From an uncultured bacterium (GTDB lineage: Bacteria; Hinthialibacterota; Hinthialibacteria; Hinthialibacterales; JAKPRU01), in the NCBI GenBank assembly GCA_964612675.1, contig CAZTDD010000002.1, forward strand, positions 138,461 to 202,460: a DNA stretch of 64,000 nt. The letters run 5' to 3'. A program made the position numbers and the translations under genes. Numbering within the stretch: position 1 is the first letter of the stretch; each line of letters starts with the position of its first letter. The notes below the pieces were generated by a model. That model ran no database searches, was not told the DNA's origin, and was given only the letters and a program-made list of their open reading frames with translations. Positions 1 to 10,271 of the stretch are shown here, piece after piece.

Positions 1-214
1 CCGACAGAATCCCGCCGGTTCGATGGCATACCATAAACTTTCGCATTGTTTTATTCCCCGGTTGAATCGGTAAATCCCTGTGGATCGCAGCCCGGCAGGT
101 ACGAACCTCTGGGAATGAAGGTCTATCTTGTGTAAACACGGGCTTGTATACGATTATACTAACCATCAATAGTCTATCGCGGAGGGGTTCGCGTCTTCCA
201 GTCCGCTTGGTTCG

Positions 215-1084
215 ATGCTCGCAGATTCGTACCTGGAGACTTTGACACAGATTCCGCCGCTGGCTAAGGTGGCATCCATGTCTGTTCTCGACCTAGCTGT
301 TTTTATCTTTGTGATCCTGTGCGGATTGGCCGCCGGAAGCTTCGCAAATGTCTGTATTCTGCGAATTCCGGAAGAGGTATCGATCATCTTCCCCGGCTCA
401 CGCTGCTTTTCATGTGGTACTCCCATTCTCTGGCGAGACAATATTCCTCTCCTTTCTTATGTGCTTCTTGGTGGGAAATGTCGGTCGTGCAACGCCCGGT
501 TTTCGGCTCGATATCCCCTTGTGGAATTCCTCACTTGTCTTGCTTTTACCGTTCTATTTCTGCGTTTCCGCGTCAGCCTACCCACTCTGGTCTACTGTCT
601 GTTGACCCTGGATTTGATCATTCTCTCCGGCATCGATTGGGATCACATGTGGATTCCCCGCTTTTTGACCGCTCCCGGCACCGCGATCGGACTTGTCTTG
701 GCCGTTTGCATTTGGCTCTTTGGCTGGCCGGGAGATTGGTTGGTGGATCATCCACTGGACGCCGTCATCGGGGGGATTGTCGGCGGCGGTTCGATATGGT
801 TGATCCGCATTTTCGGCGGTTGGTATTTCAAACGCGAGGCAATGGGAATGGGCGATGTCGACCTGATGGCATTCCTCGGAATGTTTCTCGGATGGCAGCA
901 GACTCTGCTCGCGATTTTTCTTGGATCGTTGGTCGGTTCCGTGTTCGGGCTCGGGGCGCGTCTCTTCGGTTACGACATAGTGAAGATTCCTTTCGGACCC
1001 TATCTCGCCGTGGGGGCCTATATCTGTATCCTTTGGGGCGAAACAATCCTGTATTGGTATCTGGGAGGACCGTTTCTGGGATGA
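215..1084 (+). CDS. pilD: Prepilin peptidase / type IV leader peptidase (A24 family)
   Basis: N-terminal CxxC...CxxC zinc motif, multi-TM, conserved GMGDVDLMAF Asp-box region; true start may be the internal Met at 278. Confidence 0.8.
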   Translation: MLADSYLETLTQIPPLAKVASMSVLDLAVFIFVILCGLAAGSFANVCILRIPEEVSIIFPGSRCFSCGTPILWRDNIPLLSYVLLGGKCRSCNARFSARYPLVEFLTCLAFTVLFLRFRVSLPTLVYCLLTLDLIILSGIDWDHMWIPRFLTAPGTAIGLVLAVCIWLFGWPGDWLVDHPLDAVIGGIVGGGSIWLIRIFGGWYFKREAMGMGDVDLMAFLGMFLGWQQTLLAIFLGSLVGSVFGLGARLFGYDIVKIPFGPYLAVGAYICILWGETILYWYLGGPFLG

Positions 1085-1788
1085 AAGTACTCGGCATCAT
1101 TCCTGCTCGCGGGGGCTCGAAAGGGCTCCCCCGGAAGAACATCCGCATTTTGGGTGGGAAACCTCTCATCGTTCACACCATCGAAGCCGCTTTACAGAGC
1201 CGGCTCGATCGAGTGGTCCTGTCAACCGATGACGAAGAGATTGCGGAAGCGGGTCGACTGGCCGGTGTCGACGTACCCTTTATTCGACCCGCGGAACTTG
1301 CTGCGGACAATACCTCTTCTCTCGCCGTGCTTCTTCACGCACTCCATTTCATGGAAGACAAACAATCCTATTTCCCGGAGGCTGTAGCCTTCCTGCAGCC
1401 GACCTCACCTTTTCGGAATGCTCACCACATCAATGAGGCCCTCGAACGGCTCGCAGACTCGGAAGCCACATCGGCAATCGGGGTTACTGAGGTGCGGGAT
1501 GTCCATCCCTACTTCATGTTCGAGGTGAATGACGATTTTCACCTCCGTCCCTTCATCCGAATCAAGAGCCGACCGCTCCGTCGACAGGATTTACCTGTCT
1601 ACTATCGCATCAACGGTTCGATGTATATATCTCGCCGCGACTACTTCCGGGATATTTCGCCCGATGCACCCGTTTTTGACTTCGACGCTTCTGTGGCCTG
1701 TATCATGGACAGCGTCAGTTCAGTGGACATTAATGATTATCTCGATTTCCAGAGAGCCGAACTCCTTCTGAGCGAGAAGACTCTATGA
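1081..1788 (+). CDS. neuA: Acylneuraminate (nonulosonic acid) cytidylyltransferase, CMP-NeuAc synthetase family
   Basis: N-terminal IIPARGGSKGLPRKN motif typical of the CMP-sugar cytidylyltransferase fold; ATGA overlap with pilD stop. Confidence 0.7.
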   Translation: MKVLGIIPARGGSKGLPRKNIRILGGKPLIVHTIEAALQSRLDRVVLSTDDEEIAEAGRLAGVDVPFIRPAELAADNTSSLAVLLHALHFMEDKQSYFPEAVAFLQPTSPFRNAHHINEALERLADSEATSAIGVTEVRDVHPYFMFEVNDDFHLRPFIRIKSRPLRRQDLPVYYRINGSMYISRRDYFRDISPDAPVFDFDASVACIMDSVSSVDINDYLDFQRAELLLSEKTL

Positions 1789-2933
1789 AACGAGTTTGTG
1801 TCATAACCGGCAGCCGGGCCGAATACGGGATTCTATTGCCCGTGCTGCACGCTATTCGGGCCTCCTCGTCGCTTGAGTTGCAGCTCATCGCCGCCGGACA
1901 GCATCTCGCGGCCAGTGCGGGGAAAACCGTGGATTTGATTCGGTCGGACGGATTTCCAGTGGATGCGGAAGTTCCCATGGTTCCCGAGGAGGACACGCGC
2001 GGCGCGATGGCGATCGGTCTCGGTCAAGGAATCCAGGGGATGACGCATGCTCTGGAACGATTAGAGCCAGACGTTGTTTTGATTTTAGGCGATCGGGTCG
2101 AACCTTTCGCTGCCGCCATCGCGGCGGTGTTTCTTGGCAAGGTCGTCGGTCATATCCACGGAGGTGACCGAAGCCAGGGCGGCCTGGATGAATACATGCG
2201 GCATGCGATTACGAAACTCTCTCACCTCCATTTCACCGCCACGACGCTGAGCCGCAAGCGGGTTCTCGCCATGGGGGAGAACCCGGAACATGTGTTCTGC
2301 GTAGGGACTCCCGGTTTGGACGTGATCCTGAACGAGTCTTTGCCCCCAGGCGAAGATATCGAACGTGCTCTGGGTGTCCCTGTTCCTACCGAGTTCATTC
2401 TTGCTGTCTATCACCCGGTTTCGACCGAGCCCGAACGAGCGGGGCAGGAGTTCACGGAAGTAATCGACGCGCTTCGATCCTCCGGCAAGCCGGTGCTGCT
2501 TTCATATCCGAACACCGACCCCGGAAGTGAGACTCTCCGCCGGATGATCGAGGAGGTGTCGCAAGAACCTTGGATTCACACCTACCAAAACATTCCTCGT
2601 TCCTGTTATCTGGCTCTCCTGCAGCGTTGTTTGTGTCTTGTCGGCAATTCATCGAGTGGAGTGATCGATTCCCCCGCCTTTGGTATTCCGGTAGTCAATA
2701 TCGGTTCACGCCAACGGGGCCGCGAACGCGGTACCAACGTTCTTGATGTACCGCCGAGCCGCAAAGAGATTGCCTCCGCTATTCACCGCGCCACTACAGA
2801 TCAATCCTTCCGTGCTGCTGCCAAATCCACCCCCAATCCGTACGGTGACGGCCGCGCCTCCGAACGTATCGTGAAGATTCTCGAAGACACCCAGCTCGAT
2901 CCCGCTCTTCTCCGCAAAGAATTCCCGTTCTGA
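1785..2933 (+). CDS. neuC: UDP-N-acetylglucosamine 2-epimerase (hydrolysing), NeuC family
   Basis: HIHGGD...GLDEYMRHAITKLSHLHF motif block characteristic of NeuC/LegG hydrolysing 2-epimerases; overlaps neuA stop. Confidence 0.75.
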   Translation: MKRVCVITGSRAEYGILLPVLHAIRASSSLELQLIAAGQHLAASAGKTVDLIRSDGFPVDAEVPMVPEEDTRGAMAIGLGQGIQGMTHALERLEPDVVLILGDRVEPFAAAIAAVFLGKVVGHIHGGDRSQGGLDEYMRHAITKLSHLHFTATTLSRKRVLAMGENPEHVFCVGTPGLDVILNESLPPGEDIERALGVPVPTEFILAVYHPVSTEPERAGQEFTEVIDALRSSGKPVLLSYPNTDPGSETLRRMIEEVSQEPWIHTYQNIPRSCYLALLQRCLCLVGNSSSGVIDSPAFGIPVVNIGSRQRGRERGTNVLDVPPSRKEIASAIHRATTDQSFRAAAKSTPNPYGDGRASERIVKILEDTQLDPALLRKEFPF

Positions 2934-3036
2934 ATTTGACGCGGTGGCAACAAGTTGGCCGCTGGCATGAGTAGTCCCCTCTCCCTCCGGGAGAGGGTCA
3001 GGGTGAGGGCCGATTATTGGACTTTTTGTCGTTCCT

Positions 3037-3753
3037 TCAATCCTCTCTCGAAAACCGCACCCGCAACAGCATCCAAACAGCAACAAAAAAATCCCGCCAC
3101 CCGATTTTCTTTCCTTCTTCAAACGTGCGCGCCGAAAACGTTACCGGACTCTCGATGATCCGATGGCCCCTCTTCAGCACTTTTGCCGTCACTTCCGGGC
3201 AGAATTCGAATCCTTCGCAGGAGAGAGGAATCGATTTGATTACTTCTTTCCGAAACGCTTTGTAGGCCGTCGCCTCGTCGGTGATACGGTGTCCGAACAA
3301 CAGACTGACCAGCCGAGCCAAAAGCCAGTTCGCGACTCGATTCGGGAACCGCATGTGTCGGACCTCTCCAAGAAAACGCGATCCATAGGCGACGTCCGTT
3401 TCGCCTCGCACGATGGGTTCGATGACCGACGGAATCTCGTCGGGATTGTATTCCATGTCTGCATCCTGAATGATCGCGATGTCGCCCGTGAATCGCTCGA
3501 GTCCGGTTCGAATGGCCGCGCCTTTCCCTCGGTTTCTTTCGTGCCGAAGCACGATGGTGTCCGGCTTGTTCTCTTCCGCTTCGAGTATCTGGACCGTTCC
3601 GTCGCTGGAACAATCGTCGACCAGCACCAACTCCTTCTCGGGCCACGAAATCGCCCGGACCCGGCGCAGGACCTCCGGAAGAAGCCGTTCCTCATTGTAG
3701 ATTGGGATAATGATAGAAAGTTTAGGCACGGGCAGGATTCCTAACGAGACCAA
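3037..3753 (-). CDS. Family 2 glycosyltransferase (DPM1-like)
   Basis: SIIIPIYNEE...DDCSSDGT...DADMEY GT-A/GT2 motifs; start may be the GTG at 3729. Confidence 0.7.
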   Translation of the reverse strand: MVSLGILPVPKLSIIIPIYNEERLLPEVLRRVRAISWPEKELVLVDDCSSDGTVQILEAEENKPDTIVLRHERNRGKGAAIRTGLERFTGDIAIIQDADMEYNPDEIPSVIEPIVRGETDVAYGSRFLGEVRHMRFPNRVANWLLARLVSLLFGHRITDEATAYKAFRKEVIKSIPLSCEGFEFCPEVTAKVLKRGHRIIESPVTFSARTFEEGKKIGWRDFFVAVWMLLRVRFSRED

Positions 3754-3799
3754 ACGAGCCGTCGTGACGAGTACCGCGTGGCTCCGTTATCCGAGGCGA

Positions 3800-4333
3800 T
3801 CATCGGGAGGTCGTCCATTGGCGCTCGAGAAGCTGTGCTTCTCGGTTCTCCGGGGCGATCTTTCGGGCTTCGCCTAATTGACCGCGGGCCTCCTGGCGTT
3901 GATCCAGCATCCACAAGACTCGCGCCAGATCCAGGCGGTATTGTACATCTCCCGGATCGCTTTCAACCAGCTGCTCCATGATCTCCCGCGCTGCAACAAG
4001 CTGGTTCTGTTCCGCAAGGGCAAGCGCGAGGTTGCGCCGGTACACAAGACGAGTCGGAACCAGCTCCATCGCCTTGCGGAAACATCGCTCCGCTTCATTC
4101 CAACGCTTGCTTTGAAACGCAATCAGGCCAAGCTGATTCCAGGCTTCGTGATCATCCGGGTGGTCCTGAAGCAACTGGGTCAGGATGAGCTCAGCCGTGT
4201 CGTACTTCTTCTCCGCGATCAGACGAACGGCGGTGTTGTAATCTCTCACGGTATCGGGCGGACTCGCACACCCGGAGAGAAAAAGACCCACCAAAAACGC
4301 TACAAAGAAAACGTGAACAGACGTACGTGTCAT
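3800..4333 (-). CDS. TPR-repeat lipoprotein
   Basis: Signal peptide with lipobox LSGC followed by TPR-like helical repeats. Confidence 0.55.
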   Translation of the reverse strand: MTRTSVHVFFVAFLVGLFLSGCASPPDTVRDYNTAVRLIAEKKYDTAELILTQLLQDHPDDHEAWNQLGLIAFQSKRWNEAERCFRKAMELVPTRLVYRRNLALALAEQNQLVAAREIMEQLVESDPGDVQYRLDLARVLWMLDQRQEARGQLGEARKIAPENREAQLLERQWTTSR

Positions 4334-4372
4334 CGGCAGTGCTCAATGATCGCCGCAGCGAAACTCGCCGAG

Positions 4373-5230
4373 CTATTTTAATCCAAAAGTCAACACACGT
4401 TCTTTACCCGCAAGATCCGTAGTGACTTCCGGCGTCGTAAAGACTTTTTTTCTTTCGACCAACGTACTCACCGGTTCGACAAGAGTCGGGTCGATCTCCA
4501 TGCATACTCTTCCTTCCGGCGCGAGAAGAGGGGCGATGTTGTCGATAAACGGACGGTAGAAATTCAGGCCTTCCCGGCCGCCGTCGAGACAGACTATCGG
4601 TTCGAAATTCCTGATCTGCGCCGAGAGGCTCGATATGTCGCCGGTCTTTATGTACGGCGGATTCGTTACGATCACATCAAAGTTCTTGATCAGCGATCCA
4701 CGAAGAGCTTGGAACATATTGCCTTCGTATAGCGTCACGAAATTGACCAACTCGTGATCGCGAACGTTCTGCTGAGCGCATTTGATCGCCGTATTGGATA
4801 TATCCGTGCCGTGAAACTCGCCGTCTTCAAGATTATGGGCCATCGCGATCAGGATGTTGCCGCAGCCCGTCCCTACGTCCAAAATCTTGGGAACTTCGAT
4901 TCCCTCCGTTGCTTTCAGTGCTTCCTCGACCAGCGTCTCCGTCTCCGGCCGTGGAATGAACACACCTTTGACGATTTTGAAATCATACGAGAAGAATTCC
5001 GTTTTCCCGGTGATGTAGGGGACCGGTTCGTGTTTCACGCGACGCTGTTTCACGTTTTCCAGCTCGCGTTCCTCTATCGGCGACAAATGATGGTCCAGAT
5101 CGGCTAAAACCTTGGTTCTTTCACAACGGGTGACATGAGCCACCAGTAGCTCCGCGGATAATTCCGGCGATTCCACTTCTTTTTGCTTGAAGAGCTCAGT
5201 GGTGGACGTCAATGCCTGCTGGATGTCCAT
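4373..5230 (-). CDS. prmC: Release factor glutamine N5-methyltransferase PrmC (HemK)
   Basis: DxGTGxG SAM motif and NPPY substrate motif; directly downstream of prfA. Confidence 0.85.
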   Translation of the reverse strand: MDIQQALTSTTELFKQKEVESPELSAELLVAHVTRCERTKVLADLDHHLSPIEERELENVKQRRVKHEPVPYITGKTEFFSYDFKIVKGVFIPRPETETLVEEALKATEGIEVPKILDVGTGCGNILIAMAHNLEDGEFHGTDISNTAIKCAQQNVRDHELVNFVTLYEGNMFQALRGSLIKNFDVIVTNPPYIKTGDISSLSAQIRNFEPIVCLDGGREGLNFYRPFIDNIAPLLAPEGRVCMEIDPTLVEPVSTLVERKKVFTTPEVTTDLAGKERVLTFGLK

Positions 5231-5350
5231 TATCTTCGGGTTCCTCCTTCAGTCTCCGGATCTTCCGTCAAAGAGGCTCACTTTACCGTATGTGAACAAG
5301 TTATCCCACAAAACCCCCGGCCGTTCAACTGCCGTTTGCATCTTTTGTCC

Positions 5351-6439
5351 TCATCCTTCCTTGTCCACTTCAGCCAGACGATCCAGGCGATCCTGGGTCG
5401 CCAGTGCATCAAACAGCGGATCCAGATTGCCGTTCAGAATACTCTCCAGCTGATGGAGGGAGAGCCCGATCCGATGATCCGTCAGACGGTTCTGAGGGAA
5501 ATTGTAGGTTCGTATCTTCTCGCTGCGGTCGCCGGACCGAACCATCAGTCTTCTCTTATCTCGTTGTTCCGTTGCCCGCCGTTGTGCCTCCCGATCCAGA
5601 ATCCGGCTACGAAGGACTTTCATCGCCTTCGCACGGTTTTTGTGCTGGGACTTTTCGTCTTGACACGTCACGACGATTCCCGTTGGGATATGGGTCAGCC
5701 GGACAGCCGAATCCGTGGTGTTGACACTCTGTCCGCCCGGGCCGGAGGAACGAAATACATCCAGCCGAATGTCCTCGGGGGCGATATCGACATCGACATC
5801 CTCTGCCTCCGGGAGCACGGCGACCGTGGCCGCCGACGTGTGGATCCGTCCGCTGGCCTCCGTTTCGGGAATACGCTGAACACGATGAATGCCCGCCTCG
5901 AATTTCAGACGACCGTAGGCACCTTGCCCCTCGATCAGGAAGACAATCTCCTTATACCCCCGCAGCTCGGTGGGACTCGAAGAGAGGATGTCCACACTCC
6001 AGTCTTTTAATTCGGCGTACCGGTGGTACATACGAAACAGATCCGAACAGAAAAGGGCGGCCTCTTCGCCCCCTGTTCCCGCTCGGATCTCGACGATCGC
6101 ATTTCGGATATCTTCCGGATCCTTCGGCACGAGATGATGCCGCAGACGTTCCAGCAGTTCTTCTCGCTTCTCTTGAGCAGTCGGCAGCTCGTCTCTGGCC
6201 AGTTCGCTTAGCTCCTCATCCCCGCTTTCAAGGGCTTCCTGCAAGTCGGAGAGCTCACGGTCGAGCTTCTTCAGATCGCGGTAATCATGGACAATCTCCG
6301 ACAACTCGGCATGTCGGCGGCTCAAGTCTTTGATTCGTCTCGGATTCTGCAACGTCTCGGAGCGTCCCATGTCTTCTTCAACCGCCGAGAGGTCCTCTTC
6401 GAGTCGTTGCAGCCGGGCAACAAGTGAAGTATCAATCAT
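5351..6439 (-). CDS. prfA: Peptide chain release factor 1
   Basis: GGQ motif ([26 protein letters not shown]) and RF1-type layout. Confidence 0.9.
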   Translation of the reverse strand: MIDTSLVARLQRLEEDLSAVEEDMGRSETLQNPRRIKDLSRRHAELSEIVHDYRDLKKLDRELSDLQEALESGDEELSELARDELPTAQEKREELLERLRHHLVPKDPEDIRNAIVEIRAGTGGEEAALFCSDLFRMYHRYAELKDWSVDILSSSPTELRGYKEIVFLIEGQGAYGRLKFEAGIHRVQRIPETEASGRIHTSAATVAVLPEAEDVDVDIAPEDIRLDVFRSSGPGGQSVNTTDSAVRLTHIPTGIVVTCQDEKSQHKNRAKAMKVLRSRILDREAQRRATEQRDKRRLMVRSGDRSEKIRTYNFPQNRLTDHRIGLSLHQLESILNGNLDPLFDALATQDRLDRLAEVDKEG

Positions 6440-6576
6440 GATCGTATTTGCCTAAAACTTGACAGCTTAAACCCGCTTCGGTATGGTACGACACTCTTGT
6501 TGCCGGGCAAGGCCGGTCGCACTGAATGGGGCGCTTGATTCAGGCCCGATTTCTCTGAGGGAACGAGGAACTCCTA

Positions 6577-6924
6577 GTGGAAAATCGATTGGAAGATCTC
6601 AAATCAAAGTTGCTGCATGAGCGGGAAGTGCTCTTGCAGGATATCGACAAAGAACACAGTGTACCCGAAATCAGCGCTCACGGCGATCTTGTGGATCAGA
6701 GTGCCGATTATAGCCAGCGAGAGTTGCTGCTGGGTCTCGCCGAACATGACCGCGAGCGGCTGATCGCTATTGACGAGGCGCTCAAGCAGATTGAGTCTGG
6801 AACGTACGGAATCTGCAGCGAATGTAGCGCTCAGATTCCTGATGCGCGCTTAATGGCGATGCCGACTGCTCGATACTGTGTCAAATGTCAGGCGAATCAG
6901 GAGCGGTCTCAAGCGGAGTGGTGA
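6577..6924 (+). CDS. dksA: DksA/TraR family C4 zinc-finger transcription factor
   Basis: Coiled-coil N-terminus plus C-terminal CxxC-x17-CxxC; GTG start with GAGGAA RBS. Confidence 0.65.
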   Translation: MENRLEDLKSKLLHEREVLLQDIDKEHSVPEISAHGDLVDQSADYSQRELLLGLAEHDRERLIAIDEALKQIESGTYGICSECSAQIPDARLMAMPTARYCVKCQANQERSQAEW

Positions 6925-7094
6925 ACCTTCTCGGTCCCCTGCGCCATTTCCTGTCTTTTTTCGGCCGTAACTCTGAATCCGTTCGTAGCGCCCGGGTTCA
7001 TCCCGGGCGATCTGGTTCTCGGAGCCAGTATATCTACGTGACTTACCCCACATTCCCTATTCGACTGCGGTGGTGCATACCCATAAAGAAGAAC

Positions 7095-8570
7095 TCAGTT
7101 CGGCTCCGTTTGTTTTGGAACGAGTGTATAGAAATGTAAGGGATTGCCCTCATAGTAGTTGTTCAGGACAGGATACGTCTCGACGAGATCCATCTCGTAA
7201 TACCCCCGCAGAACCGGTAGGCACGCCACCGATGTCTCCCAGCGCACGTAGTAGGAGGGCCTATAGCGCTCGACCTTCCATTCCAGCGTTTGCGTCCCCA
7301 TTTCGTCCGTAATGGGAAACAACCGAGTGGCCAAGGCGATTTGGTCGGCCTGCCGGCCCAGAATCACCTCATTGCTGTTTTCCTGTTTGTCGACGAAAGC
7401 GCGGATGTCCTTCGCCATCTCCATGAATGAGTAGGACGGGCCGGAAAGGTAGCGTACAATCCAAAATGAATTGACTGCGATACAGGCCGCCATGAAAGCA
7501 AGAAACAGGACCGCCGGCGCCCTCCTCGGTGCTTTTTCCAGGAAGTAATCCGCGATCCACGAAAGCAGGATCGTGACGGGAATCATCATGGGCAGATAGT
7601 AGCGGGGAGGAAAATATTGGTTCATCGCGATCATCGCGACCATCACGGCGATCCAGCCGATCATGAGGAGGATTAAGGGATTCCGCCGGAATTGAGGGCT
7701 AAAAAGGAAGAACAAACCCCCGAATGCCATCGCCAACGGATAAAAGATCCACCCCAAGTATTTCCCGAAATAGAGACTCTTTATGAGGCTATCGATGGCC
7801 CTCGAAAAGGAGAATTGAAGACGGGAAACGACGTTCAATTTCATGAAATAATGGAAATCTTCATAGTAAGGTCGTGCAAAAAGAAACCAATATATGAGCC
7901 CGATCGCCCCCAGGACGAACAGGAAAAGCCCCGTGTCCATCAGCCGTTGTTTCCCCCATTCGCCCCTCCCAACGAGTAAGGCCCCAAGCAGCAGAGGGAA
8001 CGCGAAAAGAGCACTGGCCTTCACGAGCAAGGCGGCTGCGAAGGCGATTGCGGAAAGAACGGGCCACAGGGCCGCATGTTTTTGACCGGGGCGTAGGGCG
8101 AAATACACGCCGAGCACGATAAAGAAAATCATCGGGATTTCCAGGATCGCCAGTCTGCTGAACGCGAACCATGTATAGTTCGTTGCCAACAGAAGCAGCG
8201 AAATCAGGGCCGCTCGACGACTGATATGCCGCCGAACAAGGCTATACATGAGCGGGAACATCAAAATGGAAAAGAACACTACCGTTAGTCGCGCAGAGGA
8301 AAGATGAAGGCCGAACAGGGTGAAAGAAACCAGCTGGAAAAGAAAGAACAAAGGCGTATTTATCGCCGGATTGAAGTCGCCGGGCACATACCATTCGCCT
8401 GTCAGCTCGTAGGCGATGGCATTTCGGGCGTACCACCCCTCATCGGTGTACAGAAGTCCCGACCAGGTCAGTTCTGTAGGGAAATCCGCCTCGAGGTGCA
8501 CAAACCGCAAGCCTGCAATCAGGCACAAGAAACATACCCATCCAACATACTGATAACGCTGATATCTCAT
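7095..8570 (-). CDS. GT39/ArnT-like membrane glycosyltransferase (dolichyl-phosphate-mannose-protein mannosyltransferase family)
   Basis: About 12 TM segments, N-terminal DEGWY-containing loop typical of PMT/ArnT family; start placed at the second Met to avoid overlap with the PSP1 gene. Confidence 0.55.
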   Translation of the reverse strand: MRYQRYQYVGWVCFLCLIAGLRFVHLEADFPTELTWSGLLYTDEGWYARNAIAYELTGEWYVPGDFNPAINTPLFFLFQLVSFTLFGLHLSSARLTVVFFSILMFPLMYSLVRRHISRRAALISLLLLATNYTWFAFSRLAILEIPMIFFIVLGVYFALRPGQKHAALWPVLSAIAFAAALLVKASALFAFPLLLGALLVGRGEWGKQRLMDTGLFLFVLGAIGLIYWFLFARPYYEDFHYFMKLNVVSRLQFSFSRAIDSLIKSLYFGKYLGWIFYPLAMAFGGLFFLFSPQFRRNPLILLMIGWIAVMVAMIAMNQYFPPRYYLPMMIPVTILLSWIADYFLEKAPRRAPAVLFLAFMAACIAVNSFWIVRYLSGPSYSFMEMAKDIRAFVDKQENSNEVILGRQADQIALATRLFPITDEMGTQTLEWKVERYRPSYYVRWETSVACLPVLRGYYEMDLVETYPVLNNYYEGNPLHFYTLVPKQTEPN

Positions 8571-8590
8571 TGTGGCGCTGTCGACGCTTT

Positions 8591-9403
8591 TCAGCCCGAG
8601 TCTTCCTGCGCGAATTGCACTTCTTGAAGCGACCACTCGCGCGGTGATTGACCGTCATCATATCGGGTGACGACTGTGCCCTTTATGAAGTTCTGATCGC
8701 AGACAGCGGCCGGTCCGGTTGGAGTTTGAACCCTCTCACCGTTTGCCGGGAAATTCCGCCGATATTTGCGGTAGGTTGAGACTTCGTACGCCAGACAGCA
8801 CTTCAGGCGACCGCACATTCCGGAGAGTTTTGTCGGATTGAGGGCCAGGTTCTGCTCCTTGGCCATCTTGATGGTTATTGGGTCGAACTTCGTGATGAAG
8901 CGATTACAGCAGAGCTGCTCGCCGCACGGGCCGAACCCTCCCGCTTTTCGGGAGCGGTCTCTGACGCCGATTTGTCGCATCTCGATGCGGGTCCGGAACA
9001 CGTGGGCAAGGTCCCGAACCAACTCACGAAAATCAATCCGTCCCTCCGCCGTGAAATAGAACCGAATCTTGCGACCGTCCAGCGTCTGCTCCACAAACGC
9101 CAGAATCATCGGCAGTTCCCGGTCCTTGATCTTCTGGAGGGCAACCGAAAAGGCCTCTTTTTCTCGTTCCCTGTTCTGATAAAACTCTGCTACATCGCCA
9201 TCCTCGGCCGGACGTATGAAAAACGCCTCCGGCTCCGGGGGCAACTCATCCAACCATTCATACTGATTTTGCAGCACGATCCCGAGTTCGCGATCCCCCT
9301 CAACTTCAACGACGCAGTACGACCCAGGTACAACGTCCATGGGATCGTCCTTAAAACGGGCTACCGCCCGGTATTCTCGGATACGCACATCCACTACGTT
9401 CAT
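8591..9403 (-). CDS. PSP1 C-terminal domain protein (RicT/YaaT-like)
   Basis: Cys-rich PSP1 domain (GPCGEQLCC...CGRLKCCLAYE); start chosen at MNVVDVRIREY with GAGG RBS. Confidence 0.7.
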   Translation of the reverse strand: MNVVDVRIREYRAVARFKDDPMDVVPGSYCVVEVEGDRELGIVLQNQYEWLDELPPEPEAFFIRPAEDGDVAEFYQNREREKEAFSVALQKIKDRELPMILAFVEQTLDGRKIRFYFTAEGRIDFRELVRDLAHVFRTRIEMRQIGVRDRSRKAGGFGPCGEQLCCNRFITKFDPITIKMAKEQNLALNPTKLSGMCGRLKCCLAYEVSTYRKYRRNFPANGERVQTPTGPAAVCDQNFIKGTVVTRYDDGQSPREWSLQEVQFAQEDSG

Positions 9404-9438
9404 TCGAACAGCCTCTCTGGAAACGGACCTTCCTACTA

Positions 9439-9780
9439 TCATTCAAAGGAAGACACGGCTTCATCCACGCTCGGATACCATTTGAATACCGTGTCCAACT
9501 TCGTCAATCGCAGAACATCCTCTACAGGAATCGATACATTGGCGAATCTCAAATCTCCGCTGTTTTTCGCCGCCCTCTGATAGTAACTTACCAGAATCGC
9601 GATCACAGTACTATTGAGAAACTGCAGGTGCTCGCAATCCAGGACCACCTTGTAGCGTTCTTCCTCAAGCAAGGCGCTGCAGTTCTGGTCCAGTGCGTCG
9701 CTGAGCAGAGTGTCCAGCCTCTCCGGCACGGACAAAACAGTAACCTCTCCACGGTCGTCTCGACGGATGTCGTCTTTCAT
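9439..9780 (-). CDS. STAS-domain anti-sigma-factor antagonist
   Basis: SpoIIAA-like length and fold signature (LDCEHLQFLNSTVIAILV...LRFANVS). Confidence 0.55.
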   Translation of the reverse strand: MKDDIRRDDRGEVTVLSVPERLDTLLSDALDQNCSALLEEERYKVVLDCEHLQFLNSTVIAILVSYYQRAAKNSGDLRFANVSIPVEDVLRLTKLDTVFKWYPSVDEAVSSFE

Positions 9781-9923
9781 GTTTTCGCCCCGTTCGTTAC
9801 TCTATGATTCTGTTCGCCCCTAAGGTACTGATATCCACGGGTGGACACAAGAGCGAGAATTCTACTCGTCGTTCAAAGCCGCTGCAGGAGCTTTCCACTC
9901 GCACGGCTTCACGAGGATCCTCG

Positions 9924-10271
9924 ATGAAAATAGCAAAAGTTGTCGGTAGTGCGGTATCCACCATTAAGCACGAGTCCTATCTCGGAAAGAAACTATTGAT
10001 CGTTCAGCCTTTGGATCTGAACGGTAACCCCCTGGGAAACTCTACCATCGCCGTTGATTATTCCGGCGCCGGAGAAGGCGACTACGTTCTTGTCGGTTCC
10101 GCTCCGGGAGTCGCCCAGCAGGTCTTCGACATCGAAATCGCACCGATTCGCGAACTGATTATGGGGATCATCGATTATGTCGAGGTAGATGGACGCATCG
10201 TCATAAGTGCTGAACCCGGCCACCTGACCGAGACGTCAGGGCGGACACTTGCCGCAAGTGGAGCGGAATAG
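9924..10271 (+). CDS. EutN/CcmL-family bacterial microcompartment vertex (BMC-P) protein
   Basis: MKIAKVVGSAVSTIKHESYLGKKLLIVQP...AVDYSGAGEGDYVLVGSAPGVAQ matches the EutN/CcmL/PduN pentamer fold signature; upstream in-frame extension to 9804 is probably not translated. Confidence 0.6.
   Translation: MKIAKVVGSAVSTIKHESYLGKKLLIVQPLDLNGNPLGNSTIAVDYSGAGEGDYVLVGSAPGVAQQVFDIEIAPIRELIMGIIDYVEVDGRIVISAEPGHLTETSGRTLAASGAE

Noticed and set aside
319-1788. Long 489-aa ORF spanning pilD and neuA in another frame, and many other long antisense or overlapping ORFs (for example 3119..3646, 16144..17028, 17013..17633, 35754..36701, 46193..46930, 61142..61975)
   Set aside because: High-GC genomes generate long spurious ORFs. 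These have Arg/Pro/Gly-rich low-complexity translations and no family signatures, and each overlaps a well-supported gene on the other strand or frame.
9804-9923. N-terminal 40-aa extension of the EutN-like ORF (MILFAPKVLISTGGHKSENSTRRSK...)
   Set aside because: The extension is low-complexity and not found in EutN/CcmL proteins. The conserved domain begins at the internal MKIAKVVG, so the ATG at 9924 is the likely start.
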